Below, in pieces: positions 52,936-64,000 of a stretch of 64,000 nt of DNA (position 1 is the first letter of the stretch; each line of letters starts with the position of its first letter). A program made the position numbers and the translations under genes. Source of the DNA: Ruditapes philippinarum (taxonomy: Eukaryota); assembly GCF_026571515.1 (NCBI RefSeq), contig NW_026856091.1:1-64000 (forward strand), read 5' to 3'. The notes under the pieces are model-generated. The model saw only the letters and a program-made list of their open reading frames with translations, made no database searches and was not told where the DNA came from.

Positions 52936-53517
52936 CTTTGACAAAAGATTGTTTGTTCCTGTGACATTGCATCCAATGTGGCTATGAAAATACTGGTTAT
53001 TTATCAATACATGTAATAACCCAGTAGAATCAGTTGCACTAGCAGATTGCCTGTCCTCGTACCCTGGAGCATTTATAAAACATTTACAAATGCTCCAAGG
53101 GTCTATCGTCCACTGTTGAGCATCAGTGTTTTTCCAGTAAGGTGAAGGTGGTGAGGATGCATGCTGCTGCACAATATAGTCATAGATTGCGCCACAAATG
53201 TTGTTCGGACATGCAATTTTGACCTTAAGAAAGCAACAGCTGCATTTTACTTGCCCAAAGGGACAAACCTTGTTTCTAGCATTCCCAAGATCTGGCTTAT
53301 GATCTGGCTTAAGAGTTTCTACTCGACAGCTGCCACACGTCACAGTTGATGGTAATGATTTTTTTGTAGACCTAATATTTTGTAAGATATCCTTATGTTG
53401 TTGATAAGCAATGTCATTACAAAATGGTGTGAGTCCTTCTTTTAAATATCTAAGTCCTAAACCAGCCTTTACCCACTGTCTGTATTTGTCATTCTCTAAC
53501 TGAAGTTGATGTGCCAT
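52936..53517 (-). CDS. NLR-like gene first coding exon, DUF4559/CXorf38-like N-terminal domain
   Basis: Acceptor at 53533-53534, ATG at 53517, 194 codons, donor AAG|GTAAAT. Motifs YRQWVKAGLGLRYLKEGLTPFC, Cys cluster, WKNTDAQQWTIDPWSICKCFI, DSTGLLHVLIN. The acceptor implies an upstream non-coding exon, which was not located. Confidence 0.9.
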
Positions 53518-54394
53518 CCTGGTACTCAATATCTAAACAAAAACAATTTTTAAAAGGTAATATTCTGGCCTTTTACATGCATGTAACACTATTTTGGCAT
53601 AAGAAAACTACAGAGCCATGATGAACATTACTTTATTTTTTAGGATCTTAATGACAAGGAACAATTAATATTGATAGCTATGAATGAAAAGCAGATATAA
53701 TTTCTTTATCTTAAAATGCTTTCACAATGTTCTTATCCGCATCGGAAATGAGGCAAATGTCAACATTTTCTATATTTTGTCGAACTGTCCAGAGATGACC
53801 AATATTCGAGCAAACTTGAGCAAATATAGTCTTGCAATCATTGTTGTGATTTTATGTTTTCAGCAATTATTTCTTCCGATTTGGACTTGCCTTAAGTCTG
53901 TTATTGTTGGTTATCAAATTATTTATCTGATTAAATTTAACAGTACATACTAGGGGCCTATTCTAATTGCTGGCAACAACTCAATTTAACCATGATTTGC
54001 ACGGGGGAGCAATTTCCGCTACCGTAAGAAAAATACATCAGCTCTGTCAAAGCCATAAGTGATGAAGAAACAATACATACCGTGGAGGCGATAAGTGACT
54101 TATCGAGCCTTAGTTCATCATAAGGGTTTTCCATTTTAAAATGAAAGTTAAGGAAAGTGTGTGCCCGTTGAATCCCTTTTACGCTATATTCCGAAAAAGG
54201 GAGCTTGTTGAAAAAGCCTTCGCCTTATTGACCTGGTTCAAAGGTGAAGGCCCGGGCGCCTGATGGAAATTGTCATAAGGGTTGAATGCTTTATTTTTTG
54301 AGACCGACAATAAACTCAGTAACAGACTCACTTAAAACCTAAAAAAAGAACGGTCAACTTGTTAAACATGGTCATATTGAGACGCTTACTCTTT

Positions 54395-54670
54395 TGTGAT
54401 CCTATGTTTGAGTGGTTGAGGTTGTGGACTTCAAACGACTTGTCCCTCCACCATTGTGGGTTAGAAATCCGACAAAGGACTTTTTGGATTCTTTTCCATG
54501 TTATGGAGGCTAGCTTTATGGAATCGGTCGGGATCCGGTTCCCAGGTGCCCGTTCGACGTGCCTGGAAAATGGCACGGAAAAGGCCACCTGAGGAACTTC
54601 CTCGGCCCCTGGGAACGTCACAATATGACTTACACTTTCCGTTTGTGACCGGTAAAACAGAATAAAAAAT
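54395..54670 (+). mobile_element. Deu/Nin-domain SINE, degenerate or in low-quality sequence
   Basis: tRNA-like head remnant (GAGTGGTT...GGGTTAGAAATCC), core CAGGTGCCCGTTCG...CACCTGAGG, A-rich tail. Confidence 0.6.
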
Positions 54671-56899
54671 TAAAATTAGAGTGATTTTTTGTGATATGTT
54701 TTGAATATAACGGCCATGACGGTCATTTCAAAGTGTTTTACACCAGTGTAATATCGTTTGTTTTATTATTTTATTATATTTTAGTTTAAATTAATTAGGT
54801 GTCTTACACTCCTGCGCTGCGGTTTATTGCCCGATAAAATGAACATTTTTTGTTAATAAAATATAGTCCAATATATAAAAAACTTAGAAAATGTGTCCCA
54901 ATTTTTTTAGGACCCAAAACACATATGGGAAGGGGGAGCCTCCAAAAAATTTTCACTGTCAAAGGGTCCTTACAAACAGCGGGAAAAGGGATAACAGAGG
55001 ACCCTTTAAAAAATTCCTTTCATGACTTGTCCTTACTCCCCAAATGATTTTTGGGGAAAAAACCACAATTTCGGTTTTTTTTAATTGTTGGAATTTTTAA
55101 AAATCAATTTTAAGTTTTTAGAAAGTTTAAAATAAGATAAAAGCGACCCAAATTTTTCCCCGGGGCACCAAGCAATATGCTATACATTTTCCCGGTAAGT
55201 TAAAAGAGTTTTTTTGTTCAAATTATTTTTGAGTTATGTAAGGCACAAATTGAAGATTTTTGTTGTTTGTTGAGACATGCATGATTATAACAAATCGAGA
55301 ATAAACTTTATAATTTTTCCTTTTTTATTAACATAGGCTTGCTTGTTTAAATTTAATCGATTTAACGTTTTTAACTCAAACAAGCGCAAGTGGAAGTTTC
55401 AATCGTAATTCAATTCATTATAACCTGGTTTACCTAAGTAAACATTCGTCAAGTACACATCAAATGAAATGTCACTCTCGCACAATTATCAACAAGCAGT
55501 ACGACGGGATATCCTATTTTACAGTTCATTAATCGATATAAAATTCTTAAAAAAACATAATTCTTTTAGATTAAACGTTTTAGAATATTATTGAAAAATG
55601 ATAAATTATTAGTACAATGGGCATACCAGCATATGTTTTGTATTCTATATAAGAACTGTCGATACACCTATTCATTAGTTTGTAAACGTAGGGCATTGAA
55701 GTTTATTTGCGCGATCAACAATATCAATTGCCCTATGTATGGTTTTACGAAAATACCGTTCCATATTTCTTTTCAAATGATTTTTTATTTGCTTTGGTTG
55801 TATGGAGAAATTGACATTAAAGAAAACTAAAGGTATACAAAGTACGCAGTGAATAAAAACCTAATCTAAAAATCGACAAACACTTTGTAAGAATTAAAAG
55901 TTTTATTGAAGACGAAGTGTGGTAACATAAATATTTGCTGTTATGAAATTTTATCCTCCACATACGTAAGCTTTTTATCTTTATATGTCGACCATATATC
56001 TGCTTATATTTTTATAATATTTAAAAATTTAAAAATTGACAAAGTAAACAACGAAAATAAAATTGAAAAATAATGTTCAATATAATATAGAAAATTAATG
56101 CATTTAAAGAAAATAAATTATATTTTATTTATCAAATCCTTTTAAAAGACAAAAAAAGATAATAATTTTCATTTTAAATTGAAAAAAAACTGAAATTATT
56201 GTATAAAAGAATGATGTCTTAAAATCACGTTCTATGATAAGTCTACTTGTGAGAATATACATGAATGATTTTAATACAAAGGCAATAACTGATATAACAA
56301 ATCAAACGTAAAATTGAATGTTAAATAGTTTATTTGATATAAAACATTGACATAGAAAGAATATGACGGTGTTCCTATTTTATGGTTTGTATTCAATAAA
56401 AAGTACAATGTGATATAGTAGGTAAACATCACTATCCAAAGATGATAAAAAGCAACAAAACCTCTCTTGGCCGATATGTTAACAAATATGTCAAATTACA
56501 AAGCGTTAAATAAATATGAAAAATCAGTCAAACATCAATGTGATGTACATGTAGCAGTAAACATGCAATGGCATATATTTCAAATCTGTAAAATTATCAA
56601 TGATATGTATGATAGAAAAAATTCCATGACAAATGAAAATACTTTGTAACCTTCGCAGAATGACCTTCTGTAGAGAGCAACAACTTCTTTTTAACATCAA
56701 TTTCAAAATTTCTTAAAGTCAAATTTAGCAACTCCTCTCAACAATAACTAAATCGTTATATCCGAAACGGTTTTGCTCTGAAGAGCTTGATATGTAACAA
56801 GTTGTTCTCGTCAATTATAAATAAGGATAATTTTCTCTTAGCATGCACTATTGAACAGAGGTAGACTTAATCTTTATGACAAGTATTTAAATAAAATTT

Positions 56900-57060
56900 C
56901 CCCTGATAATATTTAAAGCAATAATCTGATAAATAGCTAAAGCAAAATTCTTCACGATAAATATATAAAGCAATGATCATCCCGATAAATATAAAAAGCA
57001 ATAATCTTCCGGATAAATATTTAAAGCAATGATCTTCCCGATAAATATTTAAAGCAATTA
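56900..57060. repeat. About 28-bp minisatellite (CCCGATAAATATTTAAAGCAATGATCTT)n
   Basis: About six degenerate copies visible. Three ~37-bp repeats (57300-57400) and (GTTT)n (57440-57490) follow. Confidence 0.8.
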
Positions 57061-60000
57061 TCTATGTATATGTATTTATATCATAATTGAACAAATACTT
57101 CTATTCATTTAAAGATATCAACTGACTTATATCAATAAATAATATATACTATTCAAGCAACTAATATTTCTATAACATTAATACTATTTAATAATTAACA
57201 AGTCTTGGCTAATAGGCCTTTGACCATGGTGTGATATTCACAGGTATAATGTCTAAAGTAACTCTTTGTCGACCAAACCATCACACAACAAAGCATACAG
57301 CCGGTATGAATAATATCCGCCTAAGTCAAAACCAAGCCGTATGCCAACAAAATCCGCCTAAAGCAAACGAAACCGTATGACGACAATGTTCGCCTAGAAA
57401 GCAGAGAAAGTAAACACACTTTGATTAATGTTTATTCTTATGTTTGTTTGTTTGTTTGTTTGCTTGTTTGCTTGATTGTTTGTTTGTTCTTCTATTTATG
57501 TTACAGTAAAGCTTGAACGTCGCGATATGACCTATTCTGTGTCGATGTGACGTAAAACCCAAATCAAACAAACAAAAATTCATGTTAGGTCAGTAGACAA
57601 AATAGATTTTAACAAAGGCAGTTTACTAAATTTTCAGATCTAAAACTTATTGGAAACTTTATCTGAACTTACCATTTACGATTTACTGGTGTGACAAAAC
57701 TTAGCTGACTTAAATTGATAATTTAAATAATGTCAATGTAGCATCTTGTTAATCATTGTTGAAAGTATTTGTTGATTTTGGTATCTACATTAAAATTAAT
57801 GCTACATTTTGGATATAAACAATCAAAGTTAAAAAGAACAAAGATGGGTTTATCGGAAAGTTGTCCAAAAAAGGGTTTTTTGAGCATTCCCCGATTTATA
57901 AAGCCAGCTCCCAAAAAATTAGCACTGAACATTTCCCGTAACTGTTATAAAATTTGGGATATTATCAAAAATGTAAAAGGGGAAAAACATGTATACTTTT
58001 GAGTTTTTTTACTTTTTAAATTTAAATTTATTTTTCAATGTTTAAAAAAAAATTGCCAAGGCAAAAAATCAAAAATTTTACAATTTTTAAAAGACCAATA
58101 CCCTATCTATTTTAAAAAAAAATATTTTAATTTTATCAAAACAATTTTTTAAAATTTTTTGGGGAAATTTAAAAGTTTTAACTTTCATATTGCACGATAT
58201 TTCAGAGATTTCCCTTTTTATTTCAAAAAAGTCCCTTTTTTTGTTTTAAAGGTTTAAAACGCCCTATACATGTATTTAAAAATTATTTTGTTTTTTTTAT
58301 ATCGTTTAAAAAAAAGAAATTTCCAAAATGAAAAATGTTTTGGGTGAATGCAGGTTTTGACAAAAAAAGCCCCGTTTTGGTTTTAAATTTAAAAATTTAA
58401 ACAATTCATTTTTTTAAAGGGCCATTTTTGGGATACATTATTTTTTTTATTTTCCCTTTAAAAAGAAAAATTATACCTGATTATTTTTTGCATCCACCCG
58501 ACTTTTCCCCAAATTTTAAAATTCCCGTCGGCCCAATTTTTTAAATACAACTATATGCTTTACCCCGTATTCCCAAAAGATTAGTTGTTTTTAGTACATT
58601 TTTAAAAATTTGGGGATTTTTTGTTTTCCCGACATGAAATTTTTATGTTTCTTTTTTCAGAAAAGGACTTTTAAACTTTTAAAAAAGTTTACAATCTCTA
58701 ATTTTTCCCAAGCATTGTAAATTTAGCGTGTTTTTTGTTCCCCCGACCCCCCCAAAAAACGAAACGTCGGGGAAAAAATTTAAAAAGACTTGTTTTAAAA
58801 GACTTTTAGGCCCCCGGAGGGAAAACCCCCCTAATTTAGCGGGGCGAAGGGCCTTTTTTTAAATTTTTTTACTTCGCCCGCCCCCTTCGCCCAAATTTGC
58901 GTGTTTTCGTTTCCCCCCGACCCCCCCATTTTAACTTGTTAGTTCTCAACTTTTCGCTTGGCGGGGTCGCGGGGCGAATACACGAATGGCACGAATCAGG
59001 AACCATACATCAGGGAACAAAGTTGTTGATTTTTCTTCTCATTAAAATCTACCTACCAAACCCCTACATTTATACAACGATTAAAGATGTTACTATTCTA
59101 TGTACCGAGCGGTTACTATTATTGTTTGTGAAACAAAATTAATCTAATCTGATATTTCTTAGGGTTTTCAGATTACAATAGATATTTCTTGGGGTTTTTA
59201 AGCCTTTTCATTACATATCGACTTATAAATATAAATCCAGAAATAATAAAATGCAAAGCGATAATCTCAAACTATGTTGTATAATAATGCAAATATATCA
59301 AAAAAAAAACATTTTTCGAAAAAAAATTCTCACACGTCAACTTTTATTTTTAAATCTCTTATTGCTTTCCGTCACATAACTACGCGGAAGAATCAATCCA
59401 TTGAAATGCATAAAAAGCGATATTTAGAGATCTGACAACATTGGATAAAGTTTGAAACGTTAAACTTTTAAACGACTTAACATAGAAATGTTAAGAATAA
59501 ACATATTTCATAATGAATGAATGAAAGTTTATAAAGAAATTGTTTACTTAAGGACAACTTGCAATGAGTCCTTATTCAAATTAAAAAAAGGGGCTAAAAG
59601 GGATAAGGGCGTATTACTCTTCATTGGACTGTTATAATATAGACTTCTGTTTTGTTAATTCAGACACTTCATCGTGCTTATTTACTAGTTAAATTATGTT
59701 AAAGATTTTATAAGTTTTCACCCTGCTTAAATTTCAGCTTGAATTCAAATCTGTAACTTGCGTTGAAACCTTTCTTATATTCAGTGGTCTTCTGCGCCTA
59801 CAGGATACGCCACTCGTTATGTTTTCGGGTTATCTATATGTAGAATTTAAATAATAATCTTTATTTTCAAAGCTTAAACTAGTGCTTGGACTCCTACAGG
59901 TTAACGTTTTTTTTTGTTTTTTTTCCCTTAAAGAATAAATTACAACTCTTTTGTTCAGTAAGGAGTATATTTTTCGAAAAATGTATATTTGAATACTCGT

Positions 60001-63000
60001 CTGAACAGCGATTTATAGCATTTTTGACAAGCTAATACTTGTTTGTACCTATCATTTAGAAAAGTACAATTGCTAATTGCGCCAGGTACTGACTGCATGT
60101 AAAGACAAAATGTTGATCTTACCAATCGATTTAGTTATTTCTGAAACGTTAGCAAACACTTTTGAAAACTTTAAAATATTGATCATAATCTTCTCGTCAC
60201 AGGTAATAATAATATAAAGTGGTTCTATTCATAACTTATTCATAACCTGTTCTTTAACTTGTAAAACATGTATCAGTGTCTGTGTGCATGATACAAGGTG
60301 TTGTAATACGACAGGACATTTTAATTCACAGTTTGATAAATAGATATTAAAAAACCAACTTAAAAATTCATTACTTCTTTCAATTTTAACGTTTTTAAAT
60401 ATTTACTATTATTGTAAAGATGGTATTGTAAACGTTTTGATATAATTGATAAACAAAATTGTTCAATGTGTGTTTTGTATTCTATATTGACTTCTTTAAA
60501 AACTCTGGTCAACTTTTAGAAAAAGTAAAGCATTGACTGTTATTTGTTTGTGTGATATTCACTAAGACTACTACACTGTCTATTGTCAAATGATAAATAA
60601 ACAATATCATTTCCATCTAAAAAATAGCATGTTGTTTGCAAATTGCCTAGGGAAAAAAGACGAAAATAGTCTGGATATTTTTGTCGTAATTTTAAACTTT
60701 ATGAATACGCACTGATTTAAAATATTTATCTCGTTATCGACAAAGACCTTTTGTAAATAATTTTAAAAATCGGATATATACAAAATAAATTAATATACAT
60801 AAGCATTTAACCGTCAGCACAAAATAAAATATTCTTAATTGTGCAAATCAATGTCCTTACTTAATTGAACATGCTCTAAACATAAATAACTCACACTTTC
60901 AATTTTCTATTCTACTATATTCCTTTTTTTCTTCTTTATCAAGCTTACTTCAAATATACTGAACGCAGTAGAGGGGCGCCCGTGGCCGAATGGTTGCCCC
61001 TCACCACCGTTGTATGCAGTAGAAATTCGCCTTAGTTTGCGGAAAATTCATGTAACCAAATAAATCTATATATAACATTCCTAAACAATATTAGGAAACG
61101 CCGTTCAGCCGGTTATTCATTTTCATTATCGTGACAAAACATATAGCTTCCCTACTGAACAAAATACCTTATTCTGAGTAATGTTTATCTCACAGAAGTT
61201 TATACACTGGTTTTGAGCTTCGTACACGAAAATTGTATTGTACAGTACATTTTGGAAACATTCTACTGAAGTTATATAAAAATGGAAAACTATATGATTG
61301 TGCAACGTATTCTGATAGACTATAAGCCTTTACAGACGGTAGGATTTAGAAGTACAACACCAACTAAAACTCAGATATACAATTTGTGAAGGCTACTATT
61401 TCTTAAACTCGTGACGATAAGTGACAAATTTCAAAAACTTTCACCTGATAATGTGTGTAATCAATAGAATTTCATAAAAATTAGGGATAAAATATAAACA
61501 ATGTAGTAAGACGGAGTAAATAGGATGTGGAATATTGGTAGCTTGATTTGTTGGATGTTTGCATCCCAAAATGCCCCAAAACAAGGAATATAGACAAAGA
61601 AGTTGAAAAAAAAAATAAAAAAAGTCCTTGCTAAGATCACTTCCCATGAACACAAAATAATTTTCCACCATAAGACCTGAACGCAGAGCAGGTTGAACCA
61701 AATAGTATTGGTACATTCCTTGCTATCTACGTCCAGCAATTGTGTCTAACTCATAAACAATCTCCTTAATTGGAGACATTGACAGATACTCTAGTAGTTT
61801 AATACTACAAGAGATCTGTTTGGAGGAGAATGTGTCTGATGGCATCCTGATTCGTAAAATGTGGAATTGCGGCCAAAATGCAAGTTTTGTATTGATTTGT
61901 AAATTTCACACCTACTTTTAATTAATGTTGTACTACTAGAACGCGTTTAGAATACAACAATTTTATAATCAACTCAATACTTTGGAATAATTCATTTATG
62001 TTAAAATCTAGATTATTAAATTGTATCTAATTAAATGCCTTGGATGATAATAACATTATCAAACAACATATTACACTTATATCTATCAGTGTTGAAAAAC
62101 ATGAAGTAACGGTGTGGAAATTTAAAAAAAAAACGATCGTTTTTCTTTATAAAGAGACTTTCAATATAGAAAATCGTTGCATTTAAAGAAAACAAATTTA
62201 TTTTTCTTCATTATTTTTTTTAAAAGGCCTGTAAATATATATCTGTAAACGAATAAGTATTTTTTTTGAAATTAAAATAACTGAGATAAAATAATATATA
62301 AGTATTGTCTTGATTTTTTGTTTAGATTATATATTTTACTTCACGGTCTTTATTAAGTCGCCTAGCAAGTATATACATGTATAATCTACATTTTATTCAA
62401 ACAAAGTAATTGATGGAACATAATATTGAATTATAAATTCTAGTTATTTTGATATAAAACCTTGCCTTAGAAAGGGTATAGGGTTTTCTTAATTTGCGGT
62501 TTGTATAAATTATATTCTAGATTCATCACAAAAAAAGTATGAAATATTATCTGTCTGTGTTATAAAGACCCAAATCGCTGACAAAACACCTCTTTTAATA
62601 TAAAATTATGTCAAATCATCTTTCGCAAATATGGAAAAAGTAAAAGGTAGTCAAAACCTAAAGTTTCCAATTTTATACAGTACATGCTACCAGCTTGGAA
62701 TTTTCACTCGACCACCCGCAAATTAACTAGACTCGGTCGTCGGTCGAGTGGGTTAAGTCGAAGACTGGTTTATTCGAAATAAATGAATAGTATTTTGTAT
62801 TACGCACATACATATATTTTATTAATACATAAAATACATTATTATTTGCAATAACTGTTCAATCAAAACATAGTATGTATTAAGTATAAATATTTGCAAT
62901 AACTGTTCAATCAAAACATCAAACGTAACTATAACAATTTGTCAAATTTTCAATCCAAAATAAAAGAAACAGATGCAGAAGATAATGCTCCTCTTTATTT

Positions 63001-63665
63001 TCTTACGGAGCATTTTGATTGGTCGTTACTTGTGTGAAAACCTCAGACAAAAAAAAAATATTTCATGCAGACACTGTGATTTTTTCCCCTGTATTTTACA
63101 GCGGAATAAAGGTTGTTTCCCCCTAGCCAAAAATAGGTACAGTACAGATAATGAGGAATATACAAATTCCTGCGAGTAATGAGTAATTACAAAAAGCGCG
63201 ACTGTGAGTGGATTATAAAATTCTTGTACATAAAAGAGTGACTCTGCGTCGATAACGAGTTACAATTAAGTCTGCGGGACTCCGTGAATCTCTGAGCCAA
63301 AAAGAGTGACAGTGAGTCCGAGTAATGGTATGCTATATTTATTTATTTATTAATATAATGCTCTACCTTTAAACTACAATCCATAAACGCATGTACATGT
63401 TATTATTCATTCAAAATAAAAATGTTGTTGAAAATTCTTCGTTGATGTGAAGTATCACAAGTGATAACGAAAGTAAACAACTTTATTCATTAATATCAAA
63501 AGGAAAGAATAACCGATGATTTTCCGCAATTCCCGTGTCACACAGTGACAAATACTTTTGTTTTCTTTAGGAACTGTTGCAGTGATTTAATAGGACTAGA
63601 GACATTTAAAGATAAATGAAGTTTATATAATCTGAACATATTCTTATTTCATAAAGAAGTATACA

Positions 63666-64000
63666 AACAAGAGGGCCATGATGGCCCTGAGGTTGCTCAC
63701 CTGTATATAGGCCTCCCCCTGGCAGGGCCAATTTTAACCCAAGGGTTTTTATTTGAACACACTTGGTAGACACCCATAAGAAGATGTTTCATGCTAAACA
63801 TCTAAGCTCTAGCTTATTGGGTTTTTCCAAAAAAGAGTTTTTAAGTTTTTACTATACACATATTGTGAAAAACAATGACTTCCCTGGGACGGGGCCAGTT
63901 TTGACCCCAGGGCTTTTATTTGAACAAACTTTAAAGACACTTACTAGAAGATGTTTCATGTCTAATATCTAAACTCTAGGTATTCGGGTTCTTTCACAGA
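63666..64000 (+). mobile_element. HINE/CvA-like element, truncated by the window end
   Basis: AACAAGAGGGCCATGATGGCCC...GCTCACCTG start and two core monomers like those at 41-44 kb. Confidence 0.75.

Noticed and set aside
54070-63530. Candidate NLR 5' UTR donors (~54080, ~57670, ~60120) and IRF/NF-kB-like motifs (~62700, ~63470-63530)
   Set aside because: Short motifs are expected by chance in AT-rich DNA, and I cannot choose among them without transcript data.
97-63972. Remaining 60-130-aa ORF-track entries, including those spanning N gaps and microsatellites
   Set aside because: No recognisable domains or splice-consistent partners; most lie within repeats or low-complexity DNA.

Overview
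AT-rich eukaryotic DNA, probably a bivalve mollusc judging by its repeats (Meta-, Deu- and CORE-domain SINEs, Helentron-associated HINE-type elements). Two convergent spliced genes were reconstructed by hand. (1) Minus strand, about 53.5 to 30.2 kb: a five-exon NLR-like gene of about 2,200 aa. It has an N-terminal DUF4559/CXorf38-like HEPN domain with an intact RNTIFH (R-X4-H) motif and a Cys cluster, then a coiled coil, a NACHT NTPase and degenerate LRRs. The NACHT domain is split between Walker A and Walker B by about 900 aa of acidic Gly/His-rich heptad repeats (21-bp unit). A garbled patch at 32.9-33.1 kb breaks the frame, through assembly error or pseudogenisation. The 3' end and splice donor of its 70-nt exon 4 form the terminal unit of a 34-bp tandem array that fills much of the next intron. 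(2) Plus strand, about 6.6 to 16.2 kb: a four-exon gene for a very divergent galectin-fold-like protein without the canonical sugar-binding residues, whose stop codon lies inside a foldback transposon. The rest is piggyBac and mariner relics, MITEs, SINEs, two solo-LTR candidates, minisatellites, three N gaps and some low-quality sequence. All family assignments come from motif recognition by eye; no searches were run.
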